NCBI GenBank assembly: GCA_050084515.1 | Contig: CM114271.1 | Coordinates: forward strand, 45,012,001-45,076,000 | DNA from: Blasia pusilla | Taxonomy: Eukaryota | DNA length: 64,000 bases | Direction of reading: 5' to 3' | Part shown: positions 1 to 14,090 of the stretch, one piece after another | Numbering within the stretch: position 1 is the stretch's first letter | How the letters are laid out: every line of letters begins with the position of its first letter | The notes under the pieces: model-generated | What the model saw: only the letters and a program-made list of their open reading frames with translations | Database searches by the model: none | Told to the model about the DNA's origin: nothing | Position numbers and translations under genes: made by a program

Positions 1-1071
1 TTCAAGGTTTCTCCAAGGAGATACACCTATCTTGATGGATCATATCGCCCATGGAGAGGAGGGGGACTTGTTATTTCAAAACAACTAAGATCTGCACGAG
101 TTCTTCTTCCTCTTGCTACACAAGCAATTCTACCCCCTTTCAATCAACTGATTACGGAAGGGTTTGATCGACTTCAAGAGTATATCTCCAAGAATCTACA
201 TCAAATCAACTTTTCCAACATTCTCTCCGAGGCATCCTCTAACGCTAATCGAGCTCGTCTACGTTCATGTGTGGGTACCGGAGCGGGGGCGTGGCTTACT
301 ACAAATCCTCTTATTCTTCCATTTTGTCTTCCTCGAAGAATATTCTCGACAACTTTGCGGTAACGTCTTGGACTTCCCCATCCTTCTCTCTTAGGTGTGC
401 CGAATTGTGTATGCAGGGATCCCATTTATGCCAAGGGTATTCATATTCTCCGATGTGCACATGGTGGAGAACGAAAAACCACACATGATGTCATTAGAGA
501 GGCGATAGCATCGCTGGCTCGTACTGCAGGATACACCGTTGGGCAAGAGCAACTCCATGTCCTACCTTCAACCACACAAGCAACCTCTCGTCGGAGAGTG
601 GATCTTGTTATATCTAGAGGTGGATTCCGGACACTAGGTGATGTGGTGGTTGCTGATCCAACACGTTCGGACTTGGTGTGTCAAGCCGCACATACCAAAG
701 ATTTGGCGGCCCAAGCTGCAGCAAGAATCATGGAGTTAAGTTATGGTGTGAGATATGTGACTGATGGATTTATTCCTTTTGCAGTGGAAGTATTCGGTCA
801 TTTACATGTGTCTTTTGATACTTTCCTGAAAACATGTGCTCACTACTCCCTCGAGAATCATCACCTTGCCCCTTCCCGTAGTCCTTCTCTCTCGGTAATT
901 ACTACTTATTTTCGGCAATGCATCTCAATGACCTTACAACGTGCACAAGCCTTGGCATTGATATGTCGTGTGGAGGTGGTGAGGGATCGCTCGCCTCATT
1001 GGTCATCCACGTATGACAAACCACTCGTGGTCTTGTTAGATTTGTTTGCATTCACTTATTACCATTTTTAA
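1..1071 (+). mobile_element. 3' part of a CRE-clade non-LTR retrotransposon (zinc knuckle + restriction-like endonuclease), degenerate
   Basis: The frame reads ARLRSCVGTGAGAWL...FSTTLR*RLGLP (stop at 361), then CVC..H..C zinc knuckle, THDVIREAIA (RHD-type motif), RRRVDLVI..DVVVADP (PD..D core) and FIPFAVEVFG. This motif order is that of CRE/R2-type RLE elements. An AT-rich tail follows. Confidence 0.75.
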
Positions 1072-2541
1072 ACTCCTCTTTATCTTCTTTTGAAGTTTAT
1101 TTTATAATAAAATGAATATATAAAATTATTTCTCGACATCAACTTGTACGGGAAGAATTAAGCAAACTCCTGGTTTGCGCGGCGGTGCTACGTACAAAGT
1201 GAATCATACGATCGATCTAACGTCGTAGATACTGTCTCCAGCGATAGTAAGGGCAATGAACGAAATTAGGAACCCCCAGTAGCGGAGCGTGGATTGGTCA
1301 TTGCGAATACGCACTCTACGGACGCAGTTGGTGGGAACTTTTTCCGCGATTGACAACAAACCATGATAATAATGAATGAAAGGATGCCCTGAATGTCAGG
1401 CATTAATGAAAGGTCCCACACTTGACGAACCGGAGCCCATGAAAATGTTACGAGTCAATGTCAGGTAGATCTGTAGAAACCGTTCATTCATGAGATGACA
1501 CGTTGGGCTCTCCCAAGCAGCTGATCCCGACATACTCCCTACGTACAGCCGCTGCAGCGGCGCTCTCCGCTCTGCATAACAGAGACGTTGGGCGGTCTGT
1601 TTCAAGTTAATGCTCTGCAGCGATGAATGAATCAGCAGCACTCAACTCTTAGGACAATGGAGTCGTCCAAATGGTATATTATTATAAGGAGTGGCGCGGT
1701 AAAGAAAAGACCCATATTTATAACAATCTCATGAATGATGTAGATTTATCTCCTTAGTTGTAAGGGGTTACGAGGAAGAGGTTTGATTAATTTTTTACGG
1801 ATTTCGTCCACATCTCCAATGGAGTGGGTTGTCTTGGGCCATTGCGATTTTCTACTGTAGGCAACGGGTTTTCGTAACGGGTTCAGGCCGTTGGAGACAT
1901 CAATGTTAGAGGCGATTAGAATAAAACCCTGTGGATTTTTTTTCTGTGTGGCCTCCTTTGTATCCCAAGGTTTGGTTTTCCATCCAAGTTTCTATTAAAG
2001 ATTTCATATTTTACTCCTCCCCGACTGGCATGGACCCCCGCTACGGAGAGTCCGAGTCTCTTCTATGAGACGCTTGAGTTCAGAGTAGGTGTATGTATCA
2101 ACAGCATTGAAGGACTTGGTTCCTGTGGAGAATCCACGAAGGGATTCCTGGAGTTCACTTTCTTTTCATTTCAAAATCGTCACATGTCACCTTCTATCAG
2201 CGCGAGACAGGCAGGACCTGATGGAGGGCCGATACGGCGCCTACGATAGGCGTGAGCGCCATAACTCGCTCTCCCCATCTCCCCAACTTTCTCTGAATCA
2301 CAAGCTAATTCACGAGAACGAGGGAATCGCTCTTCCATCTGGCGATCCGCACTTGATCCCGTGGGGACTTGTTTTCGACTTCGCGACGTACCGTGGCCTC
2401 CAGCGGTGTCCACAGCTCTTGATCGCCACTGAAAGTTCGGGTAGTGCGATACTCCCGGAGTCACTTCAGTCGTGGAGTGGGCTCGAATGCCCTCGGGACT
2501 GACGGGTGCGTTCCAAGGACTCCGGTTTGAGTCGAAGAGCC

Positions 2542-5500
2542 ATGGCCCAAAGGTTGGTTTTAGCTCTTGCACTTCTGTTCCAGGTGGAGGCTATCGTAAT
2601 AGCGCAGGTCCGCAGTCAGGTGCCAGGTCGAAGTTCTGTAGCGAGGCCGGATGGTCTGTGTGCAACATTCGTGCTACCCCAGGGTTATACATGCGACGAA
2701 TTCGTGGTGCGTTGGTCAAAGCTTATATTTCCTTATCCTACCACGAGGCTCACCGGTGCACTCTCTACCTTTGTTTTGTTGAACCGATTGAGTTCGCGAT
2801 CTTTGCTTCTATTACGATTATTATGACGGGACCGTCCAGAAGTCGAGTCGCGGCGTCATTTTGGGAACGTTGAAATGAGGCAATGCAGACGTGCATTTTG
2901 AAGAGACGTTTGGGATGTAAAACTGCACGTAAATAATTACAATGTACCGTATCCAGGCCGAAACAGGTGACGGATTCCTCTTGGGGTTGCAAAGGATGTC
3001 CAAGACTGCTGAGCTGATCACAACGAAAAAGCCTGTGTTTCTCAATCATGGAATGCTCTCGGTAACGCCTTCCTGTTTCTCCAGCTCGCACTATTTCTTC
3101 CTACAGGTCCCTACTTCGCGTCAATCAACATGTCGGGTTGATAAATTCCGTGTTGATGTTTCGTCCAAGGTTCCGACACAACGTTATCATGGCCCGTCAT
3201 GAACAACTAATACATATTGGAACCTACTAGAAAGTGTAGTCCAGCGAGAGGTGCAAGATCGAGGGCAGCTCTAATTCTTGTGGATAGTCCACTTCATAGA
3301 TCTCTAATCCGTTATCGGCCCTTGAGAGATGTGCTCGCTACAGACGCGCACTGTCCCCTTCCCTTCCAGCGAAAGCTTAAACCAGCCAGATAAATTGGAG
3401 TGTCATTGATGATGCAAGTTTAGGTTCTATTTTCTCATCTTGTGGTGGTGCATCGTGATCAGGGTGGCGAGTCATGGCTCCTCAACCCCCCGCCAAACTC
3501 CCTCCCGTTCTTGTTGGCAGATGCTGGTTATGACGTCTGGATCGGAAATTCTAGGACGACCAACTTCAGCAGTGGACACGTCACATTGACAAGAAATGAC
3601 GAGGTTTGAGCTTAAGCTCTCGCAGACCCTCAAGAAAAATTGTTTTCATCACACGTCTTATATCTGGGTGTCGTTCTGCGAGGTCTTACTGCAGCAATGT
3701 ACGAGTTTTTTGCCCTGCTTGTTCTCATCGAGTGGTTTGTACATGTTGTAAAAATCGTTTCCAAATTCTCACCCGGAGCACAATGTTATTTTGCAATTCC
3801 TGATTATCACGGAAGCAAGACCTCTTAGATAGGATACCCCGCGGTTTTATGGACACTGAAGGTTAGATAGCCTCCCGGCCTCGCTGTCGATGTGACACAC
3901 AGCTGTTTGACACAAGAGGGTACGACTGTCATTGCACGACCCGAAAGTGGGGATAAGCTAATTGTCAATGTGGGCCCACAGAAATTCTGGGATTGGAGCT
4001 CAGACGAATTAGTTGCGTACGACCTACCTACCATGCTACAGCTTGTGTCCGATAATACAAATAGCACCATATACTATATTGGATTCTCCCAGGTACTCTT
4101 ATTTACTGAAGTGTGCACTTGTACGCTCGTAGAGTTGGAACCCGCATGCGCTTTGAAAGTGGGAGTGGGAAGAATGCTCTCTGATACTGACTTTTTCCAC
4201 GCCTCAAGTTTTTCTTAGTTTTCCAACCAGAACCCTTCAAAATTGTGACAAATAGCTTTCCAGAGTTGGAGGGTGGATTTGGTCTGCAGTTTACGTTGAC
4301 AGTCTGCTATGATTCTCGCAGGGCACACAAGTTGTGGTCGGAGCTTTTTCAGAAGGTCATATGTTGTCCCTCGTGGACAAAGTGGTGCTCCTTGCACCCA
4401 TTGTACATGTGGACACTATTAAGCCTCCTATGGCCGTGGCCGCTGGGCAGTTCCTACTCGATCAGGTAAGCACGTGCAAGAAAGAAAGTAGTTTTGAATT
4501 CAGACGAGTCTTAAGTGGATAGCCTCCATCATTCATGGAAACTCGTTCCCATTGTTGTTTAAGTGAGAGCACTCGTTGTAATTATTCGGCGTCTAAACGA
4601 ACCTGCTCTACCAGAATGCAGGATTAGATGCGCTTAGCATCTAATCCACGTGTGATCTAATCGCGCGATTTTCTCTCCAGCCGCTGCGTCGTACAGAATC
4701 ATTGAAAGAGCTCACTATGCCTACATACGGGAAAGGATTCATGTGGTCGCTCTAGACCATACCGGCATGTGTAAATGTAACTAGACTGGAAATGTATCCT
4801 TTTGTGCAGATGATGCTTTTAGCGCATGTGTACGAGTTCAACATTCACATGTAAGTACTGCCACACGAGCTACAGATAGTAGGAATCCTGAAGTAATAGA
4901 GGCTGGTATTTCTCTGGCTCCTCACGGCGTCAATCGCCTTGATTCATGATTCTGATACACGTTACCGAGAGAAGAAATGGGAACATGCCAGTTCTGATCG
5001 TCTTTCAAAGACCTCGCTGGCAATGGTTTACAGGAAAGCAGGAGAGCAGTTGTTAGATGCTATTTGTCAGAGTCCCGATGCCCAGTGCGACGCGGACTAC
5101 ATGTCAGCCTTCACAGGTTGGTCATTTTCTTCTTGCGAATGTCGTTGTTTCCTCTGAAGCACTTCACTATCAAGCAGCCAGATAGGTATGGTTTGGCAAC
5201 GGGCGATGCAAATTTGCGCATGTATCCCCGTTTCATTTTGCCATCCAAGATCGCAGCACTTCTGTTTTAAATCGTCTGCCACTCTGACCGCCATGCAATT
5301 TTTCGGGATACTAAGAAACCGTGATTTCCTGAGAATTCTTCAGTTGATCCGGTGCGTTACTGTCCTTTCATGGGGCTTAGTTCTTAATTTGACGTTTTCT
5401 TTGTACATGCAGGCGCCAATTGCTGCTTCAATATGAGTGAGAAACCTCATTACGAAGTATATGAGGTTCAGTCTACTGCCACGAAGAACTTGGCACACTT

Positions 5501-5958
5501 CGCGCAGCGTGAGTGATAATCTTCTCCTCTTTTCCCTTTCTACTGCGGCCAATGTTTTGATTTCTGAGTAGATGGTATCCTTTTGCAATTACCTCAGAGT
5601 GTGAGCATAGGAAAGGACTTCTCGTACTGAATTCGCTCTCGATTTCGCAGAGTACCGAACAAATACATTCGCGAAGTACGACTATGGATTTTTTGGAAAT
5701 TTGATAAACTATCACTCTATCTTCCCTCCCCAGTACGATCTTTCAGCCATTCCTTCGATGCCCATGCTCATCATTCATGGAGGCACCGATGGGCTATCAG
5801 ACTTAGCAGACGTGCAACTCTTCATTAGAAGCATCAAATTCTCTCCGGAGGTTCTTTTCTTACCTACCTACGGGCACTTGGATTTCGTGGTAGGCACAAG
5901 AGCCAACATAGACGTCTATAGCAGAGTTCTGACTTTTCTTGCTCAGCCTGGCCTTTAG
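2542..5958 (+). CDS. Triacylglycerol lipase, acid/lysosomal lipase family (LIP1/MPL1-like), about 397 aa, 9 exons
   Basis: Exons 2542-2706, 2957-3061, 3463-3603, 3982-4092, 4322-4465, 4810-4850, 5034-5116, 5413-5508, 5651-5958. All are GT-AG and in frame (1194 nt). Hydrophobic signal peptide, [39 protein letters not shown], nucleophile motif GFSQG, DGLSD and YGHLDF are present, so the triad looks intact. Confidence 0.93.
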
Positions 5959-7369
5959 AAAGTGTTTCACTCATCCCTATACACAGAACTCAATACGTAT
6001 ACAACGAGCAGTGCCCGTTCCGACTCGTTCTCGACTCTGGTGGAATTGGTGAACAGCGCCGAAGTTCTGCAGCACTTTGGGGCCCGAAACTTCGTAGTGC
6101 AAACCTGTCTGTGTCCTCTCTTTTGAATCACGCCGTCGATCGTTTTAAGAACATGCAAATCGTCTAGAGTTTTAGAACATGTAAATCGTCCGGTCGAATC
6201 AATACACAAGACCGGGGGATAACGGAAGACTCCCCTCGACCCCCGTCTGAGAGGAGGATCGATCCGACGAGTCTCGCTCGAGTTATAATATTACTCCACG
6301 TTCTTTTTTCTTGTATCTGTGACGTGACCTGCAATTTCCACGCAGACATACCAGTTTTTGAGCAGTTAGTGGCAGTATCGTTTGCTTCAAAACTCATACT
6401 TTCTTGTTGGAGCTTCTTTGAATGGTCGTAACTGAGGGCTATTCGTATGCTGTCAAGAGCTGCGGAGGTTTGTAGTAGGACCGCCCTAAGCCTGAACCCT
6501 AGGGAGCAGGCATGCACCTATAAAATACGGTTGTTGCTTTGGGTGGTAATGGCTAGTCCCATTCGTTCGCCCTTTGTCACTCATGAAAACAGCGAGTCCA
6601 GGAGTTGTTTGAGATCTAGAAAGGAGTCCAAGATGGTGGATGACGAGTCTGAGCTCTTGGGTCCGTGGGTTGCACCTTGCCGCCTTATTTTGGATGCTTG
6701 TTTTGATTTTTCCTGAGAGAAATTGAACAATTGTCTATCAACATTCCAAAAGAGGATGAGAAGTGGCGGTCGAACATTGCTTAGTAAAAGACCGGTTGTA
6801 CAAAACGAAAAGTTGTGGAGGTGAGAGAGAAGTGGAGAATAGGAAAATAGGAAAATAAATAGGTAGAAAGAGGTGAATATTTAAACATCTTTCAAAAGTT
6901 CATCCATCCATGTGGCCCTGAATTGAATGTGTTCCTTCAAAATTGGCCACCACCATGGTAATTTCCCATGTCATATTGAAACCTACATGAATGAGGGAAT
7001 TTCCTATGCAGGGATATTTTCTTTGTCTTCATGAGAGTCATTTTTAGGAGTGTTACTAAACACAAGAACATAATTTTTATACAAATGGATACATTCTCAC
7101 CGCCAAGAGAAGAACATGGTAGTTGGACACTTTTGCCAATGACATCGAAGGCATTGGCATATTGGGCACTTTTGCTAGTAGGAATACATAAAGGGCGTCC
7201 AAGGGATCTAGAAATCGAGGATAAGGAGGAAAGATAAGATAATTCTTTGACTTATCAAAGTTAAAATCTAGATGAAATAGTAGCAAAATTAGTTATAAGA
7301 CTAATGTTAGGCAAGATGCACATGTATCTTGATAATAGCCTAGAGCGAGAAAAAGAATAGTTATTTATG

Positions 7370-7804
7370 CAAGATTGTACATGGGCAAAAGCCATGCTTG
7401 CGAACATGTGTCAGTTCGAGGGACAAATCTAGGCCCTTGCATCTTGCATCCGGGTCCGCAATGTAGACCCGCGCTCAATCAACACACACCCAATTTAGCC
7501 TTCCATCGCTTGTTCTTGCCATCTATTATGTATCTTGAACTCAGTCCCCACGAAATCTGCGGAGACTTGTCTAGCTTGCCGTAGGTCCATGCAAGATTTG
7601 CATTGGCCCATAGGTTGTGCTCAATGCGTGCCACGCGTTGGCTCCATGCAAGTTTGGTGAAAGCTTGTAACCGGTACACCTGTTCGATTCTTTTTCGTAC
7701 CTGTGCCTATGTCTTAAGCCCGCACGGGCGATTGAGATATCGAAAAAATCTGAGTTGGGGATCTACTAGCCACGGCCGTACAAGTTCATTTTCATGCAAC
7801 CTTG
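7370..7804. mobile_element. Non-autonomous hAT-like MITE, older copy
   Basis: Ends CAAGATTGTACA ... CATGCAACCTTG resemble the TIRs of the copies at 11061 and 14240. GC-rich interior. The flanks TATTTATG/TAGTCATA are at best a decayed 8-bp TSD. Confidence 0.6.
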
Positions 7805-7809
7805 TAGTC

Positions 7810-8400
7810 ATAGGGACAAAGGCAAGGCAAGAAAGGTTTGAGACCTTGGGGGAGTAGTAAGGAACATATGAGCAGTCAAGATGGCGAGACGCAACAATAT
7901 TAGATATAAAATGCGAAGGGCGGCAAGACAACCATGAGACACCAAATAGGGAGTTAAGATGGGCGATAACTACAACACACACGACTCGCACGTCCAAGTT
8001 TCAAGAGGGGTTTAGAAAGTGGAGAGTCGAATGATTTGCAAAAACCTCCACCAAGCCATCTTGATGGATAACTAGTCAGACGTCGACCCGTGGATGGCAA
8101 ACCACTTTTGAGTAGAGAGCCAAAATCAAGGTCACGAGAGTGATAATGGGGAAGTTGGGATTCCTATGGATAATTACATAAGTACTTGTAGTGGGGGACA
8201 CTCTCCCTTCCTTGAACCAAGAACTAATCATGATGCGTATTTGGTTGTATTTTAGATTTGAGCTAGAAGACGTACCTTGAGGAATTAATCGACGTACTCA
8301 AGTATAGGCAAGCAACTTGGGGGGATTGGTCGAGGCTGTGGGAAGAGACTTTCTAAGGAGACAATACACACTTGGGGAATCTCGACTCATTGATGGCTTC
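7810..8400 (+). repeat. LTR-like repeat copy (same family as 10300-11450 and 11750-13210)
   Basis: Shares blocks such as GGCAAGACAACCATGAGACACCAAA, AAGCCATCTTGA.GGATAACTAGT, GGGGGACACTCTCCC and GGTC.AGGCT.TGGGAAGAG with the other copies. Confidence 0.65.
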
Positions 8401-10299
8401 TCGACCACCTACAATACATGCAACATGTTAAGTCTTTGGAACTCAACCTAAGTCTTTCGCTTACAAAGCTCAAGGTTGGAGTGCTTTGTTGTAAAGCTAG
8501 GTGAAGAAGAGGTCGGACTCTACTTTGTGTGTCTATCCAATCAGAGATGGTTGGGGAGGCCTAGATGGAATCGCATTGTGGTAAAGGTACATGGTACAAT
8601 AAGGACTGCCAAAATAAGTAATGAGCATCCACACATGACATGAGTTACCTTCCAAGAGCAGATATCAATACAGGTCGGAAACTCCAAGGGAAAATCCCTA
8701 TTATATATGGTTTCTCTGAAAATGACCTCAAAATATGCATCCATCCAAGAAGATTGGAGTCTATATCAAGGGAGACAATTAAAAGGGAATGAGCCAAGAG
8801 ACAAATCCTAGCTTTGTCTAAAAGATGAGGCAAACATGTCTTAGTTATGTAGCAGTCATAACTTACAACTTGTTGGGTTGGCGTTGTCATACTTACTAAC
8901 TTAAAGACTACACATTAAAATATGTATGAATAAATAATTTTCACTCCTATCCCATTTTTTAGCCCATCCAACGTTCAAGATTTACTTACATTAACTTAAA
9001 AGTAGCGATAATACTACATCACATATTGGAATTATATGCTTGATTCTTTTATGACTATTAATCTGATTCCTTATAAATAATCTGGGACCAAACTTAATTT
9101 TTTTGGAATAACATTATAAACACATATGTACTAACTTGAAGAGATATATTGTAACATAACCCAGAGCCATATTCTAGTTTCAAACTTTGTGATAGCCTAT
9201 GTGGTTATAATGAAGAGATGCATGAATGCTTTTGATGTCATTTCATTTCTTTAAGTGAAATAAAAAACCAAATTTGGAATTTTGATTGTCATTTTTAAAA
9301 ATTCTTTAATACGAAAAAAAATCTAAACCTTTCAAGAGCTTGAAACAAAAAAATTTCTCCACTTTTCCAAAGTCTTGGTATCATCTAATGATTGAGATAT
9401 TATCCTCATTTCTCTAAATTTTTTAAAATAAAAAATTCTCAATTTTTATTGGTCTTAGAGTTTCATTTGCTTTAGGAAAATCCACATATTTGATTCATGT
9501 GAATCCTTGTTTATTTCAAAATTTTAATGAAAAATTTTTAGAAGCAAGAAATATTTTTCAATATACGTATGATTGAATTCATTTTGAAGATTGAATAGTT
9601 GAAGATGTTTTAAAAATAATAATTTTAATGACCCCCTTTTGTAACAATTGGATGATTTTTAAACTTTACAAGATTTAGAAAAAATATCCTATTGGATTCA
9701 ATGAATGGTAAAGTATTATCATATATTCTCTAGTATTACTTATATACTATTCTCAAATATTTCTTAAAATATTCCAATTATTCATTACTCTAGATATGGA
9801 ATTCTACATCCATAAAGATAAATATTTTAGTGTAGTAATTACTTGTAAGAGAAAACAAAGAAATTCACTTTTGATTTTCCTTCATGTTCCTTAGTTGTTT
9901 AGCTAGTGTGAGTTGTAGCTTAGACATGATCAACCCTTCACCTTCATTTTTCCTAACACGGCTTGCTTGAAAGAATCTTGTTGTACTATCTTGGATGGTA
10001 TGCCATATTTGTAGAAAAAAAATTCCCACACATCATTTGCAACTTCTATTCCTTGGAGGTTGAAAGAATCCCTCAAATTGGCTTGTCTACTTCGAGTGCT
10101 ACTACTTGATCAAGTCGGCCCAACTACTCCTCTACATTCATCACTACTATCATTTGGTGTCACTTTTGCAACCCCATCTACATTGGATGCAAGCCAAACA
10201 TTATTTCTTGTCTCTTGCAAGTCAGGATAGAATGGTGTTGTCTCCACCCCTTCACCATCATAAATAACTAAGTCTATGGCACTTATGCTTGTGGGGACC

Positions 10300-11450
10300 T
10301 TTGAAGCAAGTCTTAATTGCGGGTCCAAGGAGGAAAGACTTTGCTATGACCCACCAAAGTCGAAACCTAGACTAGCTAGTCGCTAGACTAGGAACGGCGG
10401 CGAAATCAGATACGAGATTGACGTTAGATGAGACGTGCACGCATCTTGAAACTAGCCTTTGGTGAGAAAGAAGCATAGCTAATCTCCGGGATAAGATAAA
10501 TGTAAGGAAGGTATGAGACCTTTGAGGCAAGCTCCAAGTCACGGGTGAGAAGCAAAGAACACGTAAGTAGACAAGATGCGCAAGACGTCACGAGACTAGT
10601 TAGAAAGCGCAATGGATGGCAAGGCAACCATAAGACACCAAACATGGAGTCAAGACAGGCGCTAGCTCTAAGACACACGAAATATGGGTCCAAGCGCAAA
10701 AATGCGTTTTGGGAGTTAAGAGTACCATAATTTGCAATAAGTATCCACGAAGCCATCTTGAGGGATAACTAGTGAAATGCAGGTTTGCAGATTGCAAAAC
10801 ACGTTTGGGTTGAGGGCCAAAATTAAAGTCTCGATGAAAATGGGGGATGCAGGGTTCCCATGGAGAACCCAAAATATACCTTTAGGGGGGAACACTCTCC
10901 CTCCCTATCTGCTCAAGTCCATGAACAAGGAACTAACCATGATGTGCATTTAGTCATGTTTGAAGTTTGAGCTAAGGCACCGTTAGAAATGCACCTTGAG
11001 GGGTGAATCAACGCACTCCGGTATAGGAAAGTAAATTGGGGATATTGGTCAAGGCTTGGGCAAGGTTGCACATGGATAAAGTCTGTGTCCACAGATGTCT
11101 TTCCATCCTAGGGACAGACATGTTTGTGTGAGCCTAGGTCCCCTTGGCCCACACCTGAGCCCATTGTGTAGCCCCCGCGGACCCTATGCAGGCTTGAGCC
11201 CGCCCAATGGGGGCCCATCCCACCACTTGGGTCACAAAATGGGGTCGAGCTCAACCTTCCCGGGTCTACACGGCACACTTGGTGGACTCAAGGGCGGGCT
11301 CGGATACAAGCTGCAAAAAGTGCTAGAACAAATATTTTTTAAGAGCAGGTACTCGAGCGGCATGTCCGTTTCTGTGCAACCTTGGGGTTGGGGAAGAGGC
11401 TTGCTAAGGAAACCGTACACACTTGAGGAGGCTCGACCCAATTAGCACTT
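10300..11450 (+). repeat. LTR-like repeat copy interrupted by a hAT MITE
   Basis: Block similarity to 7810-8400, to the inverted copy at 11750-13210, and more distantly to the LTR at 29314-30323 (GGGTTGAGGGCCA.AAT.AA). Confidence 0.65.
11061..11384. mobile_element. Non-autonomous hAT MITE
   Basis: Perfect 12-bp TIR CAAGGTTGCACA/TGTGCAACCTTG. 8-bp TSD GGCTTGGG (11053-11060) / GGGTTGGG (11385-11392), 7 of 8 identical. The corresponding site is empty in the sister repeat near 8335. Confidence 0.85.
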
Positions 11451-11749
11451 GATAGCTTTCCTATAAAACATTTACTCTCTTAGAGTTAATGATGAAAGCA
11501 ATTTTCCTGCCCCATATAAACTTCTTACTTACAACATCATCATTTTCTTGCGCATTTGGATGAAGTCTATGCGAGGATCTTTGACACCCCCCATTTCTGA
11601 TGTCTATTTTCAATTAATTTTGTCATAGAGTTCGTCCTCTACTTCACTTAGTTTCACCCCAAAGCACTTACGACCTTGAGCTTTGCAAGAGGAATACTTA
11701 GATTGAGTTCTAAGACTCAACCGGCTGCGCATTCCATAGGTAGCCAATA

Positions 11750-11935
11750 AGTCGCCAAGTGCTGATTGGGTCGAGTCTCTTCAAATGCCTACCGTCTTCC
11801 TAGAAAGCCTCTTTCCCAAGCCTTGATCAATCTATCCAATTCCCTCGCCTACATCGAAGTGCCCTCAAGGTGCTTCCCTTACTTCAAACCTAAAACACGG
11901 CCAAACACACATCACGGTTAGTTTATGGTTCAAGG

Positions 11936-12012
<77 letters not shown>

Positions 12013-13210
12013 CCCCCCCCACTATAGGTACTTCTATGGTTCTCTGGGAAACCTCACCTTCCCAATTGTCCCCCTCAGGCCCTTGCTTTTGGCCCTCAAC
12101 CTAATTTAGTTACCAACGCGCGGATCCGTGTTTAATAAGTTGTCCATCAAGATCGGTTGGGAGGGGCTTCCTGCAGATTATGCAACTTACGGCTTCTGAA
12201 ATGCATCTGGACCCGAATTTCATATGTCTAATGCCTTGCGCCCATCTTGACTCCCGGTTTGGCGTCTTATGGTTGTCTTGCCACCCTTTGTGTTTCGTCA
12301 CTAGTCTTGTGGCGTGTTGATTTTATCCTAAAGGTAGAATGGAAAAATATTTAAATACAATTATTATTATTGTTATTTTATTTTTCATTTATTGGATAAA
12401 ATGAGAAGGGGGGATAAGAGAATGGTTGGACAATATGAGTTTTTAAACATAAGAGTGATTTTTTTAGGGAGAGATGGGGATGGGAGAAGGGGATTTGCTT
12501 TTTTTCTCAAACCAATGATAATGTTTATGCATTGTTCCCAACTCTCCCTCCTATTTTTTTTTCTCCCATTTAAAAAATTAAATTTATCCATTCAAAGGTT
12601 TAGGTAAAGTAAACAGTTAATTTTCTGATTCTCAACCTTGGTTTAAAGGGAGAATTAAATAATATTATGGGTGAAAATGAGGAAGAAATATAGAAGAATG
12701 ATATGATAAGAAAAATATTTTCAAAATAATGAGAGTGATTTTATTTTCTTAACTGAGAGACTAAGTGAGGAAAGGAAAGGAAAAAAAAAATCCCCAAAAT
12801 TATGAAGGGAAAAGATATAATTTGCTTTCAAAGCGAAGTTAGAGTTTCATTATCACTCATTTCTAACTACAAATCTATTTTTACTATTTTTACGTCACCT
12901 TTTTGCATGCTCAACTCTAGAAATTCAACCATCTTGACTACTTACGCGTTCCTTGCTTCTTGCCTTTGAGTCTTGACTTGGCATTGGCTCCAAGGTCTCA
13001 AACCTGGCTTGCCTTGCCTTTTTCCTTGCAGATGGCTACGTCCCTTTCTCACCTAAGGCTACTCACATGAAAAGTGTGCGTCTTTCCTAGCATTAGTCCC
13101 GCAATTGGTTCTGCCTTCCTTCCTAGTCTCGCGAGTACCTAGTCCATGTTTTGACTTTGGTGGGTCATACCGAGGTCTTTCCTCCTTGGACACGCAATCA
13201 TGACTCGCTT
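11750..13210 (-). repeat. Inverted LTR-like repeat copy with an AT-rich insertion (about 12320-12900) and a (GA)n tract
   Basis: The reverse complement matches 10300-11450, e.g. GTCCAAGGAGGAAAGAC..TATGACCCACCAAAGTC. The spurious translations GWQDNHKTPNRESR and GWQGNHKTPNMESR also match. Confidence 0.65.
11939..12008. repeat. (GA)n microsatellite
   Basis: About 35 uninterrupted GA units. Confidence 0.97.
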
Positions 13211-13289
13211 CCGGGGTTCGTGTTAGCATGGACACCAAAGACTTATCTATTCACAACGTTTAGGCCTTCTATAATCCAACCTTAATCAA

Positions 13290-14090
13290 ATACTACATAA
13301 ATTCATGAGATTACCTTAAGGTAGAGTGGCTAGAAAACTTAGTTGTCTAGATGGTGAAGAGGGTGTTACACAAGTATGCCTTGTAAAAAGGTCTCCTAGG
13401 GGATTTGGACTTACATGTGCCGTGGTTAGTAATGATATAGGTCTAGTAGGCAAGCATCTTTGATGTCTTTTTTCAAGTTATTTTTTGCTCTATTAATAGG
13501 AGTCAAACTTACCTACCGCCATTCGTCATGACGCATAGGAGGTATGAGGTATTGAACCTTAATAATCCTAATGTGTGAATGGGAGCATTTTCTCAACCCA
13601 TTTCGATATTTCAGACTATTATGGCCTTTGAGAACTATTCTACAACCGAGTGTACAACATTGGGACACATTGAGATATACGTATATTCGGGAATGAGGCT
13701 ATTGACAAAAGACTCAAAGGTTTTATCAAGAAGACTATGTCTACTTACAAGAAACAGCACTTACGAAGTTGAATGTTAGAACAAGGCTCACTATTTTGAG
13801 AGTATGTGAAGTACTTCCATCTAGTGTTCTCTTGTTAGTGGTACATAATGATATGATTTGGAAGGACCATGTGCGTAACAATGTGTCATGTCACTTTTCA
13901 ACAATAGTGGGAGAGTTGATCCAAGATTGGTAGTAATACCTACATGCCTACATTATATGTTTTGGCACATGTGTGATCATCATGTTAGTATGCAATGGAT
14001 GTTCGAGAGGATAGCATATGCAGTGTGATATGAACAATCATTAAGGTTCCTCGGGCATGATGAATGTGTCCCAAATATGCATAGGGTAGA
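13290..14090 (+). mobile_element. Heavily decayed integrase C-terminus + PHD finger of the DNMT/PHD Gypsy family
   Basis: Colinear with 35700-36500: WDLHVPWL-like, MAFENY, WKDHVRN and IMLVCNGCSRG*HMQC...MCPK segments, with many stops and frameshifts. Confidence 0.7.

Noticed and set aside
2089-2873. ORFs of 130-137 aa upstream of and overlapping the lipase start
   Set aside because: No motifs. They are explained by GC-rich 5' UTR sequence and alternative frames.
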